A stretch of DNA of 64,000 nucleotides from an uncultured Clostridia bacterium (GTDB lineage Bacteria > Bacillota > DTU014): positions 114,781 through 178,780 of the forward strand of contig FIZI01000006.1 in the NCBI GenBank assembly GCA_900016865.1, read 5' to 3'. The position numbers and the translations under genes were made by a program. The stretch's first letter is position 1. Every line of letters begins with the position of its first letter. A model generated the notes under the pieces. The model ran no database searches, was not told the DNA's origin, and saw only the letters and a program-made list of their open reading frames with translations. Below, piece by piece: positions 10,592-19,563 of this stretch.

Positions 10592-10644
10592 TGACTGACC
10601 GGTCATTCAAGAGCATTGTACATCAGTGGTGGTTTAAGTGTCAA
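10592..10644 (-). promoter_or_regulatory. SigA promoter of tetR with downstream operator
   Basis: TTGACA-18 bp-TACAAT (10644-10615); near-palindrome TGACTGACC/GGTCATTCA at 10592-10609. Confidence 0.7.
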
Positions 10645-10678
10645 TTAAGAAATAGGTTAACTTATCGTCCAATGAAAG

Positions 10679-10702
10679 AAAAAACCCCGGCAGAGCCGGG
10701 GT
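10679..10702 (-). terminator. Intrinsic terminator
   Basis: ACCCCGGC/GCCGGGGT stem followed by a T-run on the minus strand. Confidence 0.8.
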
Positions 10703-10731
10703 GCGACCTAGAATGCGCCAAAGCCAAAACA

Positions 10732-11370
10732 CTACGATCTACCGGCGTGCAGCTGAAAACTCCAGTTGTTCCCGTAGTTGTTGTCCCAGTTATAGGCAGA
10801 GTCACGGAAACACACATTTAATGGAGATATCTGGTCCTCGGCCATCTCGATGTTTACGGTCCAAGTTCCGTCAGGTTCTTTGGTCATAGGGATGTCCTGA
10901 ACATCCATCCAGTCTACCGGACCGTAGCCAACGTGTGCGAAAATACTGGTGGCCCCGGACTTCGACAGCAGTCCGTTGTACTTAAGTGTTACGCGATCTC
11001 CTTTTGTGATCGGCATTGGAGATACGAATACGCCGCCGCCAACGTCTGATACGCTCATGCTTGCCTCGGATCTTGACCGGCTCTTGGCTGTCCCCGTGCG
11101 CCTGGTCGCAGTGGCAGTTCGAGCAGTCGTTCGCTTGCGCTTCTCAGTGTCGATCTTGGCAGGTGACACCGAACCTGCAAACTCATAGTCTTGCCTGAGC
11201 GGCCTATAGAGCCGTGTATCATCATCTATGATTTCCTCTGCAAACTCCTCGAAGAAATCGCCTCGAGGCCTTACCCGGCCGCGTCTGCGGTCAGTGTCTC
11301 TTTTGTTATCATCCATCGGTTTCGCAGGCCTATTAGTGCGTGCCTGTCCGCGCAGCCAATCGAGAAACAT
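10732..11370 (-). CDS. Protein with C-terminal starch-binding (CBM25/CBM53-like) module
   Basis: YNGLL..SGA..IFAHVGYG..W..DIPM...CFRDSAYNWDNNYGNNW; ATG after AAGGAAGG. Confidence 0.75.
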   Translation of the reverse strand: MFLDWLRGQARTNRPAKPMDDNKRDTDRRRGRVRPRGDFFEEFAEEIIDDDTRLYRPLRQDYEFAGSVSPAKIDTEKRKRTTARTATATRRTGTAKSRSRSEASMSVSDVGGGVFVSPMPITKGDRVTLKYNGLLSKSGATSIFAHVGYGPVDWMDVQDIPMTKEPDGTWTVNIEMAEDQISPLNVCFRDSAYNWDNNYGNNWSFQLHAGRS

Positions 11371-11478
11371 CGATGCACCTTCCTTTTGACTGATCTTCGA
11401 AGCCACCACAGTTATTGTTCGAAGCCGTCAGCGGATTTATCGAGGCAAATGACACTTTGAATAGCACCCGCTCGTCCG

Positions 11479-12795
11479 TTAGTTGGATTTCGCCTCGCGT
11501 GCCAAACGCAATGACCTCTTTCTGCACTCGTCGATTGCTAACTGCTCGTCAAAAGAGATGATCTTGCCTTGGTCGAGAAGAAGCCTACCTGCTACGAATA
11601 CGTACTCGATGTTTCCCGCATTTGCCGAATACACTAGGTTGGAGGTTGGATTGAACTCAGGAGTCATATTAGGGCTGTCAGTCCCAAATATCACTATATC
11701 TGCCTGTTTTCTCGGTTCTAGTGAGCCGACCTTATCGTCGATTCTGAGCGCTTTTGCTCCCTCAATCGTTGCCATCTGCAGCGCATCGTTTGCGTTGATT
11801 ACAGTTGGGTCGCCGGTGGTCACTTTCTGCAGGAGTGCACACAACCTTGCCTCCTCAAGCATGTCAAGGTTGTTGTTGCTCGAGGCGCCATCAGTGCCTA
11901 GTCCCACCACAATGCCCTTTTCGCGCATTTTTGCAACGCTAGACACGCCACTTGCCAGCTTCATATTGCTGCCCGGGTTGTGTGCCACGGCAACCCCGTG
12001 ATCGCTAAGGATCTGCATGTCTTGGTCATCCATGTGAACGCAGTGAGCCGCGAGTGTAGGGCATGAAAAAACGTTGTGGCTGAGCATGTATTCTACCGGC
12101 GATTGACCGTAAGTGCGTTTGATCTGCTCAATTTCGTCCTTAGTCTCACTCAAGTGAGTATGAATCATGAAACCTCGCGACTTCGCTTCTGAGACGATTT
12201 TGCCTAGAAACTCGGGCGGGCATGTGTATGGAGCGTGCGGTGCGAGGCAGGTCATAATCCGTCCGTCGGCGTCGCCTTGCCATTGGGTGCAAAAACGTAC
12301 GGCATCGGCAATAGCGCTCTCGTCGCCGGGTACTGTATGGACAAGGCCCCTTGATAAGAGCGCTCTCAGTCCTGAAGTCTTTGTTGCTTCCGCGGCGGCA
12401 TCCATATGGAAGTACATGTCTGCGAAAGTGGTAGTACCGCTGCGTATCATTTCGGCGCACGCCAATAGTGTGCCATAGTATACATCCTCGGGAGTAAGGT
12501 GGCTCTCAAACGGCCAGATCTTGTCCGACAGCCACTCCATCAGTGCCATGTCATCAGCGTATCCCCTGAGGAGAGTCATTGCCGCGTGAGTGTGCGCATT
12601 TATGAAACCAGGCACCGCGATCTTGCCTGTAAACTCGTACGTCTCGTCAGCCTGCCAGTCTTGCGTTTGTGCATCTGTCTCACAGACAAACTGTATAACT
12701 CCGTTTTCTATGGCAATGGAACCGTCTTCGATGACTTCGTTGTTCTTGTTCATGGTGACAATAGTGAGGCCTTTGAGGAGAACTCTTCTAGACAT
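11479..12795 (-). CDS. mtaD: MTA/SAH deaminase (amidohydrolase)
   Basis: PGFINAHTH, LRGYADD, DMYF, PHAPYTC, HTHLSET, GTDGASSNNNLD. Confidence 0.88.
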   Translation of the reverse strand: MSRRVLLKGLTIVTMNKNNEVIEDGSIAIENGVIQFVCETDAQTQDWQADETYEFTGKIAVPGFINAHTHAAMTLLRGYADDMALMEWLSDKIWPFESHLTPEDVYYGTLLACAEMIRSGTTTFADMYFHMDAAAEATKTSGLRALLSRGLVHTVPGDESAIADAVRFCTQWQGDADGRIMTCLAPHAPYTCPPEFLGKIVSEAKSRGFMIHTHLSETKDEIEQIKRTYGQSPVEYMLSHNVFSCPTLAAHCVHMDDQDMQILSDHGVAVAHNPGSNMKLASGVSSVAKMREKGIVVGLGTDGASSNNNLDMLEEARLCALLQKVTTGDPTVINANDALQMATIEGAKALRIDDKVGSLEPRKQADIVIFGTDSPNMTPEFNPTSNLVYSANAGNIEYVFVAGRLLLDQGKIISFDEQLAIDECRKRSLRLAREAKSN

Positions 12796-12957
12796 ACATA
12801 TCCCTCCAATCACGTTTATCATCGCATCGCAGGGGCAATAGTGTCAATCTTACACGGGCGTAAGGGTGGCAGTGGACTTTGCTGCCGCAGCCATGGGTGT
12901 ACCTGCACAACGTCAAGTGCGTAGACTGCATTGAGATATTGGATGGGGGTGAAGACA

Positions 12958-13341
12958 TTGACCTCAGCCATGGCAGGCGGTGCGGCTCTGACACGATGGC
13001 AGGGAAACTCGCCGGTCATATACATCGATACCGTATCTCGAAGACTCCGGCTGGTTCAGGGTGGACGGGTGCTATACGACTTCAGCGTAGCAGTAGGCAA
13101 GCCCACAACCCCTACTCCTGCCGGATCATACAGGATACTTGAAAAGACGATGAACCCGGGCGGCCCATTTGGGACCCGTTGGATGAGATTCACTGACCGT
13201 GCCCATGGGATTCACGGGACCAACGAACCTTGGCTGATTGGCCAGGCAGTATCAAACGGCTGTGTCAGGATGTACAATGAAGACGTGGAGCTCTTGTACG
13301 ACTTGGTGAGTATTGGAACTCCAGTCGTAGTTACAGCATGA
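12958..13341 (+). CDS. L,D-transpeptidase (YkuD family) catalytic domain
   Basis: VAVGK..TPTP.G, catalytic HGIHGT...SNGCVRM; TTG start after GGGGGTG. Confidence 0.93.
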   Translation: MTSAMAGGAALTRWQGNSPVIYIDTVSRRLRLVQGGRVLYDFSVAVGKPTTPTPAGSYRILEKTMNPGGPFGTRWMRFTDRAHGIHGTNEPWLIGQAVSNGCVRMYNEDVELLYDLVSIGTPVVVTA

Positions 13342-13512
13342 CAGCCGAGTTGGCAGCCTCAATCATATCACACAGTCTCTTTCGGAGAGACGCTCTATTC
13401 CATAGCGCAGATGTACGGTGTTTCTGTTGACGGCATTGCTGCTCACAACCGGTTGACTTCGTTGAGAGTCTATCCAGGCCAAATGCTCTTGATACCAATC
13501 GGTCTGAGGTAA
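13342..13512 (+). other. LysM domain in frame after the TGA of the L,D-transpeptidase (readthrough or nonsense allele)
   Basis: Same frame continues QPSWQPQSYHTVSFGETLYSIAQMYGVSVDGIAAHNRLTSLRVYPGQMLLIPIGLR*. Confidence 0.85.
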
Positions 13513-13629
13513 TTACCAATCCGTCTGCCAACTAGCGCGCAGATGGCTCGGGCTTTATGGCCCGAGCCCTTGGTTAGGTATAAGGGAGTCATGGAGAGCA
13601 AAACGGGAACTTGCGCGCTTTGCTGCGAC

Positions 13630-14058
13630 TTACGAGATGGAGATCTTTCTGTGCGGCCTGCGACCTGTCTTTGGTATCTCAATCTTCAGCACGCCGTTCT
13701 TGAAGGAAGCCTTTGCTTTGTCATGGTCTACCTCGTCAGGCAGCATGAACGACCTCCTGAAAGCTCCGTATCTACGCTCCCTGCGAACATAACCTCCATC
13801 CGTATCAGTGGTCTCCGATCTCTCATCAACCTTGCCTGAAATCGTCAATACGTTGTCGCTAAGCTCTATGTCTATGTTTTCTTTGTCGAACCCAGGAACG
13901 TCAGCCTTGACTACATACATGTTGTCAGTCTCTTCGATATCTACAAACGGATGCTGACGGTCGAAGACACTAGTGAAGAAGCCCGGCCAAGCGATATCTC
14001 TCGCAAACCCGGTGTCAAGCAGCGAATCAAAAAAGCCTCTTGGGACCAGTGATCTCAT
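13630..14058 (-). CDS. Hsp20/alpha-crystallin small heat-shock protein
   Basis: VDIEET, ADVPG, ERRYGAFRRSF.LP, ASFKNGVLKIEIPK. Confidence 0.96.
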   Translation of the reverse strand: MRSLVPRGFFDSLLDTGFARDIAWPGFFTSVFDRQHPFVDIEETDNMYVVKADVPGFDKENIDIELSDNVLTISGKVDERSETTDTDGGYVRRERRYGAFRRSFMLPDEVDHDKAKASFKNGVLKIEIPKTGRRPHRKISIS

Positions 14059-14124
14059 TTTAACAACCTCCTGTTCTGTCTAATTGCTCCATGAGCGTTT
14101 GATTTATGTCACTCAGATGTGGTG

Positions 14125-14203
14125 TTTGACCAATACTGACCTTGCAACTCTATTCTAACATTCATAAGTGTTGCTTCAAATGCCGTTTTGACCAATCCTG
14201 ATC
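14125..14203 (-). promoter_or_regulatory. Two CtsR-type boxes flanking the hsp20 promoter
   Basis: Minus strand GATCAGG-ATT-GGTCAAA (14203-14187) and GGTCAGT-ATT-GGTCAAA (14141-14125) around TTGAAG-16-TAGAAT. Confidence 0.7.
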
Positions 14204-14386
14204 AATTACCGGCAAGTAAGCGCACAATATGCCCATGGATCTCCTGCTCTTTTAGGATTTCTCTACTATCCATTCTATGCCGTACTCAAGAACGCTTGAG
14301 TGATAACTCATCGATCTTGCAGGACAAACCTTTCTGGCGGCTAAGTCATTAGACCGATCCGTACACTAGAGACTGACTCCGTACTT

Positions 14387-15958
14387 GTGGAGGTGGGTTT
14401 GTTGGAGCAGTATAACTGTCCGCGGGTTTTTGTCATCGGCCTGGGACCTGGCCGAATAGGCGATATGACTGTCAGCGCATTGGAACTCATGAACGGTGCT
14501 TCTTGCGTGCTTCTTCGCACGTCACACCATCCAACAGTCAATGACCTGGCTGACAAGGGGATCTCCTACGAGACGCTCGATCAGTTGTACGAAGAGGGGG
14601 ATGATTTCGAGGCTGTTTACAGAGCAATTGCCGTGAAGGTCATAGATGCTGCACGCAGTGCTTTTGAAGACGACCGTGCCGCCTACGTAGTATATGCAGT
14701 ACCTGGAAGCCCATATATAGGTGAGAGGTCGGTTCAACTCCTGATGGAGATTTCTGAGCGGGTCGGCGTCAGTGTGAGTATCTTGCCAGCGGTGAGCTTC
14801 CTTGACTCGGTGGTTTGCAGTGCAGGTATAGATCCATTCGATGGCCTGCAGGTAGTTGACGCGCTGTCTATAGACAGTGTCCCCCTCAACACCAGTGTCG
14901 CACTAGTCGTGCCTCAGGTGTACAGCAGAATGGTCGCAAGTGCAGTCAAGTCGCGACTGCTGCAAGCATACCCGGATGAGCATCCAGTCCTGCTGGCGAA
15001 GGCAGTTCGCACGGACAGCGAGCTTGTCGAAAGGATGAACCTGTACGAGATAGACAGAGATGACCGAGTCGACTACCTGACAACGCTTGTTGTCCCACCG
15101 CTGAGGCCCAGAGTGGATATCGCCGGATATGAGAGAGCTGCAGTTGCATTCTCAGAGTTGGTATCGGTGATGGCTGCTCTCAGAGCAGACGATGGATGCC
15201 CGTGGGATCGCGAGCAGACCCATGAGTCACTCAAGAAGTACCTGGTCGAGGAGACTTACGAGGTTCTTGACACAATCGATCAGCAAGATAAGGACAAGCT
15301 GTGTGAAGAGCTCGGCGACGTGATGCTGCAGACAGTGTTCCATGCTGAGATCGCACGCGAGGACGGGTATTTTGACGCTGCGGACGTTGCATCAGGCATA
15401 GTCGATAAACTCATACGCCGTCATCCCCACGTCTTTGGGTCAGTAGAGGTGGACGGCACTGAAGAGGTCCTGAGAAACTGGGAGAGGATCAAGGCTGCTG
15501 AGAGAGGAGATGAGGGGCGCTTCTCAGGAGTATTTGACAGTGTCCCTGTCTCGTTGCCGGCACTGCTGAGGGCACATGTAGTTCAGTCAAAGGCTTCGAA
15601 GGTGGGGTTTGACTGGAATGACTACAGGCCGGCCCTAGAAAAGGTCGACGAGGAAATAGCAGAACTCAAAGAGGTTCTGGATTCTTGGGACGCTTGTCCT
15701 GCAGGTGAAAGCAGGGCCGAGTCTGTCAAGGAGGAGCTGGGTGATGTCCTCTTTGCTATCGTAAATGTTGCCAGGCTTCTTGGCATAGACCCGGAGGACG
15801 CCCTTGGGAGCACTGTAGCCAAGTTCATATCTCGATTCAAGTTCATAGAGGAAAGAGCCGCCTCTGTAGGGGCCGACGTCCGTGACATGACCTTGGAGGA
15901 GATGGACAAGCTGTGGGAGGAATCCAAGAGAGCCTTACCCACAGATAAGGGGGAGTGA
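14387..15958 (+). CDS. mazG: YabN-type tetrapyrrole methylase/MazG pyrophosphohydrolase
   Basis: GLGPG, YAVPGSP, GCPWDREQTH, EELGD, RRHPHVF, second EELGD. Confidence 0.95.
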   Translation: MEVGLLEQYNCPRVFVIGLGPGRIGDMTVSALELMNGASCVLLRTSHHPTVNDLADKGISYETLDQLYEEGDDFEAVYRAIAVKVIDAARSAFEDDRAAYVVYAVPGSPYIGERSVQLLMEISERVGVSVSILPAVSFLDSVVCSAGIDPFDGLQVVDALSIDSVPLNTSVALVVPQVYSRMVASAVKSRLLQAYPDEHPVLLAKAVRTDSELVERMNLYEIDRDDRVDYLTTLVVPPLRPRVDIAGYERAAVAFSELVSVMAALRADDGCPWDREQTHESLKKYLVEETYEVLDTIDQQDKDKLCEELGDVMLQTVFHAEIAREDGYFDAADVASGIVDKLIRRHPHVFGSVEVDGTEEVLRNWERIKAAERGDEGRFSGVFDSVPVSLPALLRAHVVQSKASKVGFDWNDYRPALEKVDEEIAELKEVLDSWDACPAGESRAESVKEELGDVLFAIVNVARLLGIDPEDALGSTVAKFISRFKFIEERAASVGADVRDMTLEEMDKLWEESKRALPTDKGE

Positions 15959-16049
15959 GGCGGCATAAAGGACCTCTCGAGCGGGATAATAAAGCCGGTA
16001 GATCTGAACAGCGACGCGGGCTGGACTATCTCGCAGGAGAGGTGATGGG

Positions 16050-17027
16050 ATGAGTTGCTCTAGGCGCTCAAATGTCCTAGTGGTAGCGCTGGCGCTAGTG
16101 CTGGCCGTGTTCGCCTTGACGACGAACGGATGCCTCAGAAGGGAAACCCGGGACCAGGATAGGATGGTAGATGAGTTCGAGGGTGAACCGGACATATCTC
16201 TGTATGTCAACGAGACCGGCGAGACCAGACACATGAAAATAGAGGAGTACATAGCGGGCGTTGTAGCCGGCGAGATGCTCCCGGATTGGCCCGTGAATGC
16301 ATATGCGGCTCAGGCGATCCTGGCTCGCACGTTTACCCTCGCAAAGATGAGTGAGGGAGGCATGCGCGATAAGTACGGGACTGATATGTCTACAGACAAA
16401 GAGGAGACTCAGGCATACGATCCCGAGTCGGTGACTGACGCCATAAGGGACGCGGTCGCCTCTACTAGAGGTATGATTCTCTCTTACAAGGGTCAGTATG
16501 TAAGAGGCTGGTTTCACGCGGCCAGCGGTGGCCAGACCACCCTCGCAAAGGACGGACTGGCGTATGAGGACGATGAACCTCCGTACACCAAGAGTGTTGA
16601 GGTGCCTGCAGAGTTGCGCCATATTCCTCGTGAGGAGCTGAACTGGGAAGCGACTTACTTACTGAGTGAGATAACGAGCTTGCTCAATGCTGCAGGACAC
16701 TCTGTAGGACAGGTTCAGCGCGTCTTTGTCGTCGAGAAGGATCAGACAGGCCGGGCTACTCTCATCAGGGTGGAGCACACTGGAGGTCACATAGACTTAC
16801 CCGGAGCAGTGTTCCGCAATGCCGTCGGGCCTGACCGCATGAGGTCAACGCTCCTCACCAGATTTGACAGTTCTGCTACTGAAGTTCAGATGGCTGGAAG
16901 GGGATTTGGGCACGGAGTCGGCATGAGCCAGTGGGGTGCTTACGGAATGTCCAGGGAGGGCTACTCTCCGGAGGAGATCGTGAAGTACTTCTTCAAGGAC
17001 GTGGAAACACAGAAGCTCTGGGACTGA
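16050..17027 (+). CDS. SpoIID/LytB domain protein, probable lipoprotein
   Basis: EEYIAGVVAGEM, AQAILART, GFGHGVGMSQWGA; hydrophobic N-terminus ending TNGC. Confidence 0.9.
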   Translation: MSCSRRSNVLVVALALVLAVFALTTNGCLRRETRDQDRMVDEFEGEPDISLYVNETGETRHMKIEEYIAGVVAGEMLPDWPVNAYAAQAILARTFTLAKMSEGGMRDKYGTDMSTDKEETQAYDPESVTDAIRDAVASTRGMILSYKGQYVRGWFHAASGGQTTLAKDGLAYEDDEPPYTKSVEVPAELRHIPREELNWEATYLLSEITSLLNAAGHSVGQVQRVFVVEKDQTGRATLIRVEHTGGHIDLPGAVFRNAVGPDRMRSTLLTRFDSSATEVQMAGRGFGHGVGMSQWGAYGMSREGYSPEEIVKYFFKDVETQKLWD

Positions 17028-17107
17028 CGGTCATGTAACGATCCTTCCTCGAATAGTCATAGTGATGGACCTGGGGTCCACATATGCACTGTTGCGGAGG
17101 GATTGCA

Positions 17108-17410
17108 GTGAGACCGGATGGCCGTGAGGGCGAGACGCCCGTTCGCGAGGTACAGCGAGTGCACAAGCTCTTGATCTCGGATCGCCAGTCAGTAGGAATT
17201 GAGGGTGTAATCGAGGTTCAGAGTTTTGATGACGAGGAAGTGGTCTTCAAGACCAGTGCAGGGACTCTGCTCATACGTGGTAGCGGTTTGCATATCAAGT
17301 CGCTCAACTTGGAGGCGGGGAGTGCGCTGTTAGAAGGGCGCCTTGACTCGATGGAATATGAAGAAGTCAAGGACAAGAGGAAGAGCCTGTTTAGCAGGAT
17401 GTTCCGCTGA
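17108..17410 (+). CDS. yabP: Sporulation protein YabP
   Basis: GVIEVQSFDDEE, G.L.IRGSGLHIKSLNLE, basic tail; GTG after GGAGG. Confidence 0.92.
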   Translation: MRPDGREGETPVREVQRVHKLLISDRQSVGIEGVIEVQSFDDEEVVFKTSAGTLLIRGSGLHIKSLNLEAGSALLEGRLDSMEYEEVKDKRKSLFSRMFR

Positions 17411-17604
17411 GCATGATTGACCGATGCCCGGCTGCTGTATGGACCTGGGCACTTGGACGAGCACTGCAGCCCAGCCCAGCGTAGAAGGGATAGCGGCGAA
17501 GCGTAGCGAATCTAACTGTGCAACGCTTAGAGGAGTCTAACGTTGTACAAGATTTGGGCTATGCGGCAGGGCCGCGCACATTTTGTGTACAGGAGGGCAG
17601 TCTT

Positions 17605-18480
17605 GTGGCTCGCTCTAAGTCCACTCGGTCTTTCCTGCAGCCGTTTGCGTTCTTGTGGGGCGCAGTGAAAGTCGTTTTGATGTCAGCCATTATGCTCGTG
17701 TTCAGCCCCTTGGTTATTTTCATCGACTTGTTCTTTCCGAAAAGGTCGATCTCACGCGCATGGTCTGCTTGGTTTATGGTCATCCTCGGGGTTATGGTCG
17801 GGATGTCGTGGGCGACAGTGCTCTATGTCAGTCAACAAGCAGACAAGGCCGCCGCGGTGTTTGCAAGTTATACACGCGTCAGGAGCGAGGTTACTGAGTT
17901 CCCTTTTTCAGACTTGATCAACTTGTATGCCATCAAGTATGATCTCGATCCTTCGCTAATAGCGTCGGTCATCAGCCAAGAAAGCCATTTCAAGCCTACG
18001 GCGATCTCGTCAACAGGCGCTCGTGGGCTGATGCAGATCATGCCCGTTACGTGGCGTGAGTTTAACCCAAGTTCTCAGTGTAACGGAACGCACAACCCGC
18101 CTGCGTGCAGCAACGAGTGCATTTTTGACGTGGAGGCCAATCTGCGCACAGGCATTGCGTACCTGCGTTCGCTGATCGATCGTTTTGACGGCGACATGAT
18201 TATGGCCTTGGCAGCCTACAATGCAGGAGCTTCCAAGGTCTACGCGTACGACGAAGGCAGCTACTCGGGTGTGCCCCCGATCAGAGAAACCCGCAGTTAC
18301 GTCCAAAGGATTGTAAACTACTGGTCCGGGATTCGCCACAGTTACACCACTTTCAATGTGTCCAAGTTTTTGATGGCCAAGAAGATGCAGCGATTGCTTA
18401 TTGTCACGAGCACTGTCCTGTGGACGGTTTTCTTTATCTGGATCATTAGGAAGGCTGGCGTTGTCGAGCCCAAACGATGA
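17605..18480 (+). CDS. Membrane-anchored SLT lytic transglycosylase
   Basis: ISQES, GARGLMQIMP, ALAAYNAG, ETRSYV; hydrophobic N- and C-terminal segments. Confidence 0.9.
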   Translation: MARSKSTRSFLQPFAFLWGAVKVVLMSAIMLVFSPLVIFIDLFFPKRSISRAWSAWFMVILGVMVGMSWATVLYVSQQADKAAAVFASYTRVRSEVTEFPFSDLINLYAIKYDLDPSLIASVISQESHFKPTAISSTGARGLMQIMPVTWREFNPSSQCNGTHNPPACSNECIFDVEANLRTGIAYLRSLIDRFDGDMIMALAAYNAGASKVYAYDEGSYSGVPPIRETRSYVQRIVNYWSGIRHSYTTFNVSKFLMAKKMQRLLIVTSTVLWTVFFIWIIRKAGVVEPKR

Positions 18481-18583
18481 TTCCTTCCGCAATCCACAAT
18501 CCACCCCTCGTTTCCAGCATAGTGACAGGAGACCGGCAATACACCTAGATTGTCGAGGACTCGTTTTGTGCGAGGTGGTGGAA

Positions 18584-19129
18584 GTGGAGTCAGTCCGAGA
18601 CCAGCTGTCGACCCTTACGAGTATGGCGATAGGAGGCCTTATCACCGGCCTTCTCTTTGATCTGTACCGGCTTGCCCGCGGGCTTATCCGGCCGCGGCGA
18701 CTCCTCACCGACATAGGCGATCTGCTATTCTGGCTGGTAGTGACCCCGATACTGTTCGTGATCCTAGTCAACGACAACTTCGGCCAAGTGCGCGTCTATG
18801 TTTTTTTGGGTTGGGCAATCGGCTTCCTGCTATACAGAGCTCTGTTTAGCTCATCTATCATCTACCTCGTTCTTGCCGTGACTAGACTTTGTAGTCGAAT
18901 TGTAGACGGTTTGTCTCGCCTTTTTACCCTGTTGCAGAGGGCGTTGGTGAAACCATTCTACCGTGCTGGCCGAAGGGCACGACGGCACAAAAGGCGTTCC
19001 AAAGAGACCGTTGCAGTCAGAAGAACCGGCGCAGCCAAGATTGTTGCCAGAAGACCTAAGAGCCGCATCAGGTTTGTGGTGTCGCGTTGGTTCTTGTCTT
19101 TGAGGCGGATGTTCAAAGGATTTTTTTGA
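18584..19129 (+). CDS. yabQ: Spore cortex biosynthesis protein YabQ
   Basis: GLLFDLYR, DLLFW, GQVRVYVFLG, GFLLY; synteny with yabP/divIC. Confidence 0.88.
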   Translation: MESVRDQLSTLTSMAIGGLITGLLFDLYRLARGLIRPRRLLTDIGDLLFWLVVTPILFVILVNDNFGQVRVYVFLGWAIGFLLYRALFSSSIIYLVLAVTRLCSRIVDGLSRLFTLLQRALVKPFYRAGRRARRHKRRSKETVAVRRTGAAKIVARRPKSRIRFVVSRWFLSLRRMFKGFF

Positions 19130-19328
19130 GAGGAAGAAGGGAAATACGATCTTTTGTAGAAAATCTGTAGTCACAATGTCATTGTTGTGACTGGGTTGAT
19201 TGTTCAGGATGCAGGTGGGACATACCCGAGCCGGGGTACAGCTTCTCGATCCTTGTTGACGAACCGGAGACTGGCACTGATCAAGGCCTAGGGTTGCACT
19301 CTGAACTCGGCGAGTAGGGTGACACTGT

Positions 19329-19562
19329 ATGACGATCGAGATCCGCGGTGTGGAGAAACTGAGCTTTCGCGAGCGCCAGGTGGTTGCGCTCAAAGAGATG
19401 GGTCTCTCTACCAACGAGATCACCAAGCGACTCGGCCTCAGTGCGAGCACTGTAGCTACCCTGTACAATCGAGCGCGGACCAAGGGTTACCAGGTCGTCA
19501 TCATCTTGCCCGGTGACGTACTCGGATTGGGAGTACCCGGCGATGAAGAGGGAGGCGAATAG
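19329..19562 (+). CDS. Small sigma-70 region 4/LuxR-like HTH protein
   Basis: LSFRERQVVALKEMGLSTNEITKRLGLSASTVATLYNRARTK. Confidence 0.85.
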   Translation: MTIEIRGVEKLSFRERQVVALKEMGLSTNEITKRLGLSASTVATLYNRARTKGYQVVIILPGDVLGLGVPGDEEGGE

Positions 19563-19563
19563 C

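Noticed and set aside
8074-10650. tRNA-Gln-anchored genomic island carrying tetR/radical SAM
   Set aside because: The genes lie on the 5' side of the tRNA, and there is no integrase or repeated tRNA 3' end
13339-13341. Selenocysteine or a reassigned genetic code explaining the in-frame TGA
   Set aside because: The position is a linker rather than a Cys-equivalent site, no convincing SECIS hairpin follows, and genes such as rho, rlmH and rpmA end in TGA at their expected C-termini
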